Positions 1 through 6,083 of a stretch of 6,503 nucleotides of DNA are shown here, one piece after another. Under the pieces are notes generated by a model, which searched no databases, was not told the DNA's origin, and saw only the letters and a list, made by a program, of their open reading frames with translations. This DNA is from a virus (Duplodnaviria; Heunggongvirae; Uroviricota; Caudoviricetes). The translations under genes and the position numbers were made by a program. The DNA is taken from the IMG/VR virus record IMGVR_UViG_2713896737_000008. One strand, written 5' to 3'. Positions within the stretch are counted from its first letter, which is position 1. The number at the start of each line of letters is the position of its first letter.

Positions 1-926
1 TTCATGATCCGCACTTTCTGCCGGTGATTTTTGAGCATCCTCCTGAAATGGTGGAAAGCGGGGCTCACCTGCTGATGGAAAACCTCGCCATGGTTAACCC
101 GAATCTCGGTTATTCGGTGGATGAGGCCTTTCTGTACCGGGAGTACCGTAAAGCCCGGGAGGCTGGTGAGGAAGCATTTCGTGGCTTCATGTCAAAACAC
201 GCCAATGTGGAAATCGGTCTTGCCCTGCGTTCTGACCGCTGGGCGGGCGCGGATTTCTGGGAGCAGCAGGGCAGGCGCGTCAGCCTGGACGATATCCTGC
301 AGCGCGCTGATGTGGTGACGGTGGGGATTGACGGCGGGGGCCTGGATGATCTGCTGGGAATGTACGTGACTGGCCGTGACAGGGAAACCCGCGAATGGCT
401 GGGCTGGGGCCATGCCTGGGTGCATGAAACCGCGGTGGTCAGACGGAAGAGTGAGGCATCCCGGTTTCAGGATTTTGTGGCCTGTGGAGACATGACGATT
501 GTCCGTCGGGTCGGGGATGACACGGCGGAAGTGGCGGAGTATGTGCGTCGTATTCATGAGGCTGAGTTACTGGATCATATCGGTATTGACCCGTCAGGGG
601 TGGGGCAGATTCTGGATTCACTGGCGGAAGCCGGGATCCCCGATGAGAGTGTGGTGGGGATAAGCCAGGGCTGGAAGCTGGGCGGGGCCATCAAAACCAC
701 CGAGCGCAAACTGGCTGAAGGGGTGCTGATTCACGGTGATCAGCCCCTGATGGCCTGGTGTGTCGGTAATGCCCGGGTGGAGCCTAAAGGTAACGCCATT
801 CTTATCACCAAACAGGCCAGCGGACGGGGAAAAATTGACCCGCTGATGGCGCTCTTCAATGCGGTGTCCCTGATGTCCCTGAATCCGGAACCGAAAAAGA
901 AAGCGTATGAGGTTTTTTTCATATAA
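1..926 (+). CDS. Terminase large subunit (TerL), C-terminal nuclease domain; 5'-partial, with the reading frame open to the window edge (codons in phase with position 3)
   Basis: The frame containing ORF 24..926 has no stop back to position 3, so the gene starts upstream of the window. The translation carries hallmarks of the RNaseH-like nuclease domain of Terminase_1-type large subunits: 'VVTVGIDGGG...DDLLGMYVTGRD', 'GNARVEPKGNAILITKQ' and the near-C-terminal 'KIDPLMALFNAVSLM'. Stop TAA at 924-926. Recognised from memory. Confidence 0.8.
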   Translation, partial: HDPHFLPVIFEHPPEMVESGAHLLMENLAMVNPNLGYSVDEAFLYREYRKAREAGEEAFRGFMSKHANVEIGLALRSDRWAGADFWEQQGRRVSLDDILQRADVVTVGIDGGGLDDLLGMYVTGRDRETREWLGWGHAWVHETAVVRRKSEASRFQDFVACGDMTIVRRVGDDTAEVAEYVRRIHEAELLDHIGIDPSGVGQILDSLAEAGIPDESVVGISQGWKLGGAIKTTERKLAEGVLIHGDQPLMAWCVGNARVEPKGNAILITKQASGRGKIDPLMALFNAVSLMSLNPEPKKKAYEVFFI

Positions 927-952
927 CCCTGCTCACCCTGTAACCATCATGA

Positions 953-976
953 ACCGCTGCGGCGGTTTTTTTATTT
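953..976 (+). terminator. Candidate weak intrinsic terminator or RNA hairpin between terL and the capsid gene
   Basis: ACCGC (953-957) pairs with GCGGT (962-966) around a 4-nt loop, followed by a U-tract TTTTTTTATTTT (966-977). The stem is short (5 bp), so strength is uncertain. Confidence 0.35.
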
Positions 977-978
977 TC

Positions 979-984
979 AGGAGG
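979..984 (+). promoter_or_regulatory. Shine-Dalgarno sequence (AGGAGG) for the protease-capsid gene
   Basis: AGGAGG lies 5 nt upstream of GTG at 990, which is the first canonical start codon in the open frame after the terL stop. Confidence 0.6.
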
Positions 985-989
985 CTGAT

Positions 990-2927
990 GTGACTCTTAA
1001 ACGGGCCTGTTCCCTGCTGACGGTGAAATCCTTCAGTGAGGATGAACGGGTGATCACCGGGATTGCGTCAACGCCTTCTCCGGATCGGGATGGTGACATC
1101 CTGGAGCCGGAGGGGGCTGAGTTTGGCAGTACGATCCCGTTTCTCTGGCAGCATGACCATTCCCGCCCTGTAGGCCAGTGTACGGTGCGTCGGGTCAGGG
1201 AAGGGCTGGAAATCACGGCAATGCTGGTGAAGCCGGAGCCGGGGATGCCCTCCCAGATGGCAGCCCGGCTGGATGAGGCCTGGGCTGCCATTAAGACCGG
1301 GCTGGTCAGGGGGCTTTCTGTGGGCTTCCGGCCCCATGAATACACTTATCTGGACGGAGGCGGACTGCATTTTCTGCGCTGGGAGCTGATGGAGGTGTCT
1401 GCCGTCACCGTGCCCGCGAATGCGGAATGCACCATCCGGACCATTAAATATTTCGACCGCCCGTTTTCTGCCGCGTCCGGCAACCGGAAACCGGTGGTGA
1501 AAATCGCATCTTCTGCCGGCGCTTCGGCACAGTCAATAACCTCTTTTCATAAGGAAAAGTCAGCAATGAATACTGGTGAACAGATTAAAAGTTTTGAAAA
1601 CAAGCGTGCGGCGCTGGCAGCCTCCCTTGAGGAGATCATGAACAAAGCCGCAGAGGAAGGCCGCACACTGGATGTGGAAGAGGAAGAGCACTACGACAAC
1701 ACCGCAGCGGAAATCCGTCAGGTGGATGCGCACCTGAAGCGTCTGCGTGAACTGGAAACCAGTAAGGCCGCCACGGCACAGCCGGTGAAACAGGCCGGTA
1801 ACGGGAATGTGGCCACGGTGGCTTCAGCGCCGGTGATCCGTGTTGAGCAGAAACTGGAGAAGGGGATTGGTTTCGCCCGCTTTGCCAAATCACTGGCCGC
1901 GGCTAAAGGTGTCCGCTCTGAAGCCCTGGAAGTGGCCCGTCGTCAGTATCCGGATGACAGTCGTCTGCATCATGTCCTGAAATCGGCGGTGGGGGCAGGG
2001 ACCACCACGGACCCGCAGTGGGCAGGCAGCCTGTCTGAATACCAGGAATATGCGCAGGACTTTATTGATTACCTGCGTCCGCAGACCATTATCGGGCGAT
2101 TTGGTCAGGGCGGGATCCCTGCACTTCGTCAGGTGCCGTTCAATATCCGCGTGCATGCCCAGGTGTCCGGTGGTGCTGCCGGCTGGGTGGGTGAGGGTAA
2201 GGCCAGACCCCTGACGAAGTTTGATTTTGAATCCATCACCTTCAGTCATGCGAAAGTGTCGGCCATTGCGGTACTGACGGAAGAATTGATCCGTTTTTCC
2301 AGTCCGGCTGCTGATGCACTGGTCCGTAATGCGCTGGCGGAAGCGGTGGTGGCGCGTCTGGACACAGACTTTGTGGACCCGAAAAAAGCGGCGGTGGCGG
2401 ATGTCTCCCCGGCGTCCATCACCCATGATGTGAAGGGCACGGCATCAACCGGTAACCCGGATGCGGATGCCGAGGCCGCGTTTGGCCAGTTTGTGACGGC
2501 AAATCTGCAGCCCACCGGTGCGGTCTGGCTGATGTCCAGCACGAATGCCCTGGCGCTGTCCATGCGTAAAAATGCGCTGGGGCAGAAGGAATATCCGGAC
2601 ATGACCTTGCTGGGCGGGACCTTCCAGGGGCTTCCGGTAATTGTCTCCCAGTATGTGGGTGACCAGCTGGTACTGGTGAATGCACCGGATATTTATCTGG
2701 CTGATGACGGCGGTGTGGCGGTGGATATGTCCCGTGAAGCGTCACTGGAGATGCAGTCTGAACCGACCTGCGACAGCAGCACACCGTCACCGGTGGAACT
2801 GGTCTCCATGTTTCAGACCGGCAGCGTGGCCATCCGTGCGGAGCGCTGGATCAACTGGCGTCGTCGCCGTACCGCGGCAGTGGCGGTGATCACCGGTGTG
2901 AACTACGGAACTGCGTCCGGTGGCTGA
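990..2927 (+). CDS. Prohead (head-maturation) protease fused in frame to an HK97-family major capsid protein: protease domain about aa 1-160, Ala/Ser-rich linker about aa 160-192, capsid delta domain and body aa 193-645
   Basis: N-terminal part matches HK97-type prohead protease (Peptidase S78/U35-like): 'GIASTPSPDRDGDILEP', 'LWQHDHSRPVG' (candidate catalytic His), 'GLSVGF' (candidate catalytic Ser). From M193 (nt 1566) the sequence looks like the coiled-coil delta domain of HK97-fold capsid proteins ('MNTGEQIKSFENKRAALAASLEEIMNKAAEEGRTLDVEEEEHYD...LKRLRELE'), followed by capsid-body motifs ('WVGEGKARPLTKFDFESITFSHAKVSAIAVLTEELIRFSSPAADALV'). GTG start at 990 with SD; stop TGA 2925-2927. No stop separates the two domains in this sequence. 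Confidence 0.85.
   Translation: MTLKRACSLLTVKSFSEDERVITGIASTPSPDRDGDILEPEGAEFGSTIPFLWQHDHSRPVGQCTVRRVREGLEITAMLVKPEPGMPSQMAARLDEAWAAIKTGLVRGLSVGFRPHEYTYLDGGGLHFLRWELMEVSAVTVPANAECTIRTIKYFDRPFSAASGNRKPVVKIASSAGASAQSITSFHKEKSAMNTGEQIKSFENKRAALAASLEEIMNKAAEEGRTLDVEEEEHYDNTAAEIRQVDAHLKRLRELETSKAATAQPVKQAGNGNVATVASAPVIRVEQKLEKGIGFARFAKSLAAAKGVRSEALEVARRQYPDDSRLHHVLKSAVGAGTTTDPQWAGSLSEYQEYAQDFIDYLRPQTIIGRFGQGGIPALRQVPFNIRVHAQVSGGAAGWVGEGKARPLTKFDFESITFSHAKVSAIAVLTEELIRFSSPAADALVRNALAEAVVARLDTDFVDPKKAAVADVSPASITHDVKGTASTGNPDADAEAAFGQFVTANLQPTGAVWLMSSTNALALSMRKNALGQKEYPDMTLLGGTFQGLPVIVSQYVGDQLVLVNAPDIYLADDGGVAVDMSREASLEMQSEPTCDSSTPSPVELVSMFQTGSVAIRAERWINWRRRRTAAVAVITGVNYGTASGG
1551..1568 (+). promoter_or_regulatory. 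Internal Shine-Dalgarno (AAGGA) plus in-frame ATG at the protease/capsid domain junction; possible internal translation start for a protease-free capsid protein
   Basis: AAGGAAAAGTCAGCAATG: AAGGA at 1551-1555 sits 10 nt upstream of in-frame ATG 1566-1568, which is exactly where the capsid delta-domain sequence begins. Confidence 0.4.
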
Positions 2928-2971
2928 GTCTGATGAGGAGGGCGGGAGGCGCGAGCTTCCCGCAGTAACAG

Positions 2972-3193
2972 ATGGCAAAAATCCAGTATCTGCAGGGCAC
3001 GCATGATGCCCGGGCCGGGGATATCCGTGATGTGGCACAGCCGTGTGCGGAGGTGCTGGTTCGCCTGGGGAAGGCGGAGTACATCACAGCGCGACGTCCG
3101 GCAGGTCAGAAAAAGAAACGTGATGCGGAGCATGGCGAATGTGGAACCTTTTGCGGCGAACCCGAAAAAACCAGAAATCAGGACGTGACGTAA
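2972..3193 (+). CDS. Hypothetical small protein (73 aa) between capsid and portal genes
   Basis: ATG 2972 to TAA 3191-3193. The first ~45 codons have third-position and codon choices like the flanking structural genes (ctg, ccg, gcg, cgt). No recognisable SD and no motif I can assign. It overlaps the annotated portal start by 55 nt. Confidence 0.3.
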   Translation: MAKIQYLQGTHDARAGDIRDVAQPCAEVLVRLGKAEYITARRPAGQKKKRDAEHGECGTFCGEPEKTRNQDVT

Positions 3194-4503
3194 GAGAAGT
3201 GGGCTGGCGGTCCCTGTTTCAGGCGGTGGCTGAGCCTTTTGCCGGTGCCTGGCAGCAGGGTGTGAAAGCCGATCCGGAAACCGTTTTGTCCTTTCACGCG
3301 GTGTTTTCTTGCATTTCGCTGATATCCCAGGATATCGCCAAAATGCGACTGCGCCTGATGCAGACCGATACACAGGGGATCCGCCGTGAAAAACGGCAGG
3401 GGGATATTGCCCGTCTCTGTCGTCGTCCTAATGCACAGCAGAATCGTATCCAGTTTTTTGAACTGTGGCTGAACGCCAAACTGCGTCACGGCAATACGGT
3501 GGTGCTGAAAATCCGTAACTCCCGGGGGCAGATCAAAGAACTGCGTATTCTGGACTGGAACCGGGTTGAACCTCTGGTGGCGGATGACGGCGAGGTGTTC
3601 TATCGCATCACGCCGGACCGGAACTGCGGGATCACGGAGGCGGTGACGGTGCCTGCCCGGGAAGTGATCCACGACCGGTTTAACTGTTTTTTTCATCCGC
3701 TTGTGGGGCTGCCGCCGGTGTATGCCGCCGGGCTGGCGGCCATGCAGGGGCATCATATTCAGGCAAATTCGACGTATTTTTTCAGAAATGGCGGGCGACC
3801 ATCAGGCGTGATTGAGGTCCCCGGCAGTATTACGGAAGAAAACGCGAAAAAACTGAAGGGGAACTGGGACAGCGGATATACGGGCGAAAATGCCGGGAAG
3901 ACGGCCATACTGAGCAACGGGGCAAAATACAGCCCCACGACGTTTTCACCGGTGGATGCGCAGACGGTGGAACAACTGAAAATGACGGCTGAAATTGTCT
4001 GTTCGGTGTTCCGTGTCCCGGCCTACAAGATTGGCGTTGGCCACCCGCCTTCCAGTGACAACGTGGAGGCGCTGGAGCAGCAGTATTATTCCCAGTGTCT
4101 GCAGACGCTGATTGAGTCCATTGAGCTGTTACTGGATGAGGCGCTGGAAACGGGGGAAAACGAGAGCACGGAGTTTGACGTCACCACGCTGCTGAGAATG
4201 GACAGCGAACGGCGCATGAAAACACTGGGTGAATCGGTGAAAAATACGCTTCTCACGCCCAATGAGGCCCGTAAACGTGAGAACCTGCCGCCCCTTGCCG
4301 GCGGTGATGCACTGTATCTTCAGCAGCAGAACTACAGTCTGGAGGCGCTGTCCCGTCGTGATGCCCGTGAGGACCCGTTCGCGTCGGCCGGGAAAACAGT
4401 TTCAGCACAACTGCCTGACGGCGCATCTGACGGTAATAAGGCAATCAGTGAAACAGAGCATGATGCAGTGAAAGCGATGTTCAGGGGGATACTGAGAAAA
4501 TGA
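3139..4503 (+). CDS. Portal protein, HK97 family
   Basis: Portal-type motifs: N-terminal 'PETVLSFHAVFSCISLISQDIAKMRLRL'; central 'FFRNGGRPSGVIEVPGSITEENAKKLKGNWDSGYTGENAGKTAILSNGAKYSPTTFSPVDAQTVEQLKMTAEIVCSVFRVPAYKIG'. ATG 3139 has GGAG 8 nt upstream. An in-frame GTG at 3199, just after the small-ORF stop, is an alternative start. Stop TGA 4501-4503. Confidence 0.85.
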   Translation: MWNLLRRTRKNQKSGRDVREVGWRSLFQAVAEPFAGAWQQGVKADPETVLSFHAVFSCISLISQDIAKMRLRLMQTDTQGIRREKRQGDIARLCRRPNAQQNRIQFFELWLNAKLRHGNTVVLKIRNSRGQIKELRILDWNRVEPLVADDGEVFYRITPDRNCGITEAVTVPAREVIHDRFNCFFHPLVGLPPVYAAGLAAMQGHHIQANSTYFFRNGGRPSGVIEVPGSITEENAKKLKGNWDSGYTGENAGKTAILSNGAKYSPTTFSPVDAQTVEQLKMTAEIVCSVFRVPAYKIGVGHPPSSDNVEALEQQYYSQCLQTLIESIELLLDEALETGENESTEFDVTTLLRMDSERRMKTLGESVKNTLLTPNEARKRENLPPLAGGDALYLQQQNYSLEALSRRDAREDPFASAGKTVSAQLPDGASDGNKAISETEHDAVKAMFRGILRK

Positions 4504-5399
4504 CGGAACGGGAACTGTCCATTATTCGTGCACTGGGCGAAGAATTCTCCACGGTGCTGGCGGATTTACAGCGCACATTTGAGGGGAAGATGGCCGCGCA
4601 GGCACAAGCGTTTGAAGAGAAACTGGCTTCCCTGTCGGCGGTATTACAGAAGCATGTGACGGTGGATGAGGTACATCCGGTTCTGCAGGCGATGGTGGAT
4701 GACGCTGTGGGGACCATTCCGGTACCGCGTGATGGTCGTGATTATGATCCGGATGTACTGCAGCAGGCGGTGAATGATGCGGTTGCGAATATTCCGGTAC
4801 CGGCGGACGGCAAAAGTATCACCCCCGATGATGTGCGTCCGATGCTTGAGCAGATGGTGAAAGAGGCTGTAAGCCATATCCCTGCTCCGCGTGACGGTCG
4901 TGATTATGATCCGGAAGTACTGAAGCAGGCGGTTCTGGAGGCGGTGAATGCCCTTCCGGCTCCGCAGGACGGGCGTGATGCCACGGCACTGGAAGTGCTC
5001 CCCGCTATTGACGATCAAAAATCCTTTCCCCGGGGCACGTATGCCACACACCTGGGTGGACTCTGGCGGGCGTATGAAAAAACGCACGGGATGCGGGGAT
5101 GGGAATGCCTGGTTGACGGGGTGGCGGATATCGACGTCAGCATGACGGATGAGCGGTTGTTCTCTGTGGTGATCCGGCAGAGCAGTGGCCAGTGTACGGA
5201 AAAAACATTTTCCCTGCCGGTGATGCTCTACCGCGGTGTGTTCAGAGCCGGTGAAACCTACCACCCCGGCGATACGGTGACGTGGGGGGGCTCGCTGTGG
5301 CACTGCAACAGTATGACCGGTGATAAACCCGGAGAAGCTCATTCATCAGGCTGGACCCTGGCTGCAAAACGTGGACGGGATGCAGGAGGCGGAAAATGA
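4500..5399 (+). CDS. Repeat-containing protein of unknown function: N-terminal coiled-coil-like segment, tandem Pro/Asp/Gly-containing repeats, C-terminal aromatic-rich globular domain; candidate virion accessory (decoration or fibre-like) protein
   Basis: ATG 4500-4502 overlaps the portal stop (ATGA), with a G-rich SD upstream. Protein-like composition and the same codon usage as its neighbours. Contains two ~54-aa tandem repeats and a C-terminal segment with 'YHPGDTVTWGGSLWHCN...GWTL'. Function is not assignable from sequence alone. Confidence 0.7.
   Translation: MTERELSIIRALGEEFSTVLADLQRTFEGKMAAQAQAFEEKLASLSAVLQKHVTVDEVHPVLQAMVDDAVGTIPVPRDGRDYDPDVLQQAVNDAVANIPVPADGKSITPDDVRPMLEQMVKEAVSHIPAPRDGRDYDPEVLKQAVLEAVNALPAPQDGRDATALEVLPAIDDQKSFPRGTYATHLGGLWRAYEKTHGMRGWECLVDGVADIDVSMTDERLFSVVIRQSSGQCTEKTFSLPVMLYRGVFRAGETYHPGDTVTWGGSLWHCNSMTGDKPGEAHSSGWTLAAKRGRDAGGGK
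4671..4994 (+). repeat. In-frame tandem repeat inside CDS 4500..5399: two 54-aa (162-nt) units, each made of ~25-aa subunits of the type [I/L]-P-x-P-x-D-G-[R/K]-D...V-L-x-Q-A-V-x-[D/E]-A-V
   Basis: Protein: 'VHPVLQAMVDDAVGT IPVPRDGRDYDPDVLQQAVNDAVAN IPVPADGKS...' against 'VRPMLEQMVKEAVSH IPAPRDGRDYDPEVLKQAVLEAVNA LPAPQDGRD...'. DNA: core 4725-4771 (ccgcgtgatggtcgtgattatgatccggatgtactgcagcaggcggt) against 4887-4933 (ccgcgtgacggtcgtgattatgatccggaagtactgaagcaggcggt), offset 162 nt, 3 mismatches in 47 nt. 'attccggtaccg' also recurs at 4716 and 4791. Confidence 0.8.
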
Positions 5400-5722
5400 C
5401 GGCATTACTGACACTGGAAGAGATCAAGGCACATCTGCGTGTTGACCATGACGCGGATGATGACATGCTGATGGACAAGGTTCGTCAGGCTACCGCCGTG
5501 CTGCTGGCCTACATTCAGGGTAGCCGGGATAAAGTGATTCGTGAGGACGGTGAGCTGATCCCGGGCGAGGCATTAACCCGGATGAAGGGGGCTGCCATGC
5601 GACTGACCGGGATGCTGTACCGGAATCCGGATCTTGCTGAGCGGGAAGACCTCGTGCAGGGGGAACTGCCGTTTTCTGTGTCCGTGCTGATTTACGATTT
5701 GCGTTGTCCGACGGTGTTATGA
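5396..5722 (+). CDS. Head-tail connector protein, phage gp6-like (Phage_connect_1 type)
   Basis: N-terminal signature 'LTLEEIKAHLRVDHDADDDMLMDKVRQATAVLLAYI' and C-terminal 'LTGMLYRNPD' are typical of gp6-like connectors. ATG 5396 overlaps the upstream stop (ATGA); AGGAGG lies 6 nt upstream. Stop TGA 5720-5722. Confidence 0.8.
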   Translation: MTALLTLEEIKAHLRVDHDADDDMLMDKVRQATAVLLAYIQGSRDKVIREDGELIPGEALTRMKGAAMRLTGMLYRNPDLAEREDLVQGELPFSVSVLIYDLRCPTVL

Positions 5723-5732
5723 GGAGGGAGGA

Positions 5733-6083
5733 ATGGCAATATCTGCAGGTCGTCTGACACAGATGATAAGTGTTCTGAAGCCGGTGTTAACCCGTAATGC
5801 TGCCGGAGAAATGACGGAAGAATGGGTGTCATGCGGGAAAATTCATGCGGATATCCGTGGCAGGAGCAGCCGGGAGCGGATGCAGTCCGGTGCGGAAATG
5901 GCGCAGGCGGAAATCCGCATCTGGGTGCGCGGTCAGTCCGGCCGGGAAATCACGGCAGCGTCACGACTTCATGTGCTGAGTGGTCCATGGCGTGACCGGA
6001 TCCTGAACGTTGTCGGGCTGCCCGTGCCGGATGCGACCGGCGGGCGTCTGGAAATTCTCTGTCGGCTGGGAGGGGAAAAATGA
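5733..6083 (+). CDS. Head-tail adaptor / head-closure protein (Phage_H_T_join, SPP1 gp16-like type)
   Basis: 116 aa with the family pattern 'RLTQMISVLKPV...GEMTEEWVSCGKIHADIRGRSSRERMQSGAEMAQAEIRIWVR...ITAASRLHV...RILNVVGLPVPDATGGRLEILCR'. GGAGGGAGG SD directly upstream; stop TGA 6081-6083. Confidence 0.75.
   Translation: MAISAGRLTQMISVLKPVLTRNAAGEMTEEWVSCGKIHADIRGRSSRERMQSGAEMAQAEIRIWVRGQSGREITAASRLHVLSGPWRDRILNVVGLPVPDATGGRLEILCRLGGEK

Noticed and set aside
121-318. Plus-strand ORF (65 aa) in an alternate frame inside terL
   Set aside because: Fully embedded in the terL frame, with no SD and a non-protein-like sequence.
192-557. Minus-strand ORF (121 aa) inside the terminase gene
   Set aside because: It lies entirely antisense to a well-supported CDS in GC-rich sequence, and the translation is Pro/His/Arg-rich and not protein-like. 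Typical shadow ORF.
988-990. ATG at 988-990 as the start of the capsid gene
   Set aside because: It is out of frame with the long ORF and only 3 nt from the SD. The in-frame GTG at 990 is the better-spaced start.
1448-1552. Possibility that the protease-capsid fusion is a frameshift artefact, with the protease ending at TAA 1550-1552 on the SD
   Set aside because: The alternative frame is open for only 34 codons and translates to Cys/Arg-rich sequence, while the fused frame gives a plausible Ala/Ser-rich linker. Not fully excluded; listed as a check under the fusion finding.
1890-2426. Minus-strand ORFs (178 aa, 118 aa, 123 aa, 100 aa and others) antisense to the protease-capsid gene
   Set aside because: Antisense shadow ORFs with Arg/His/Cys-rich, low-complexity translations and no SD context. 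The plus-strand capsid assignment explains this region.
3003-3188. Plus-strand ORF (61 aa, alternate frame) overlapping the small 2972-3193 ORF
   Set aside because: Arg/Trp-rich translation and poorer codon usage than the 2972 frame. Probably an out-of-frame artefact.
3178-3756. Minus-strand ORF (192 aa) antisense to the portal gene
   Set aside because: Shadow ORF. The portal motifs on the plus strand are strong and the antisense translation is Arg/His/Pro-rich.
4644-5342. Minus-strand ORF (232 aa) antisense to the repeat protein gene
   Set aside because: Its translation is dominated by His/Arg/Ile repeats produced by reading the plus-strand repeat codons backwards. The plus-strand gene is translationally coupled to both neighbours, which supports plus as the coding strand.
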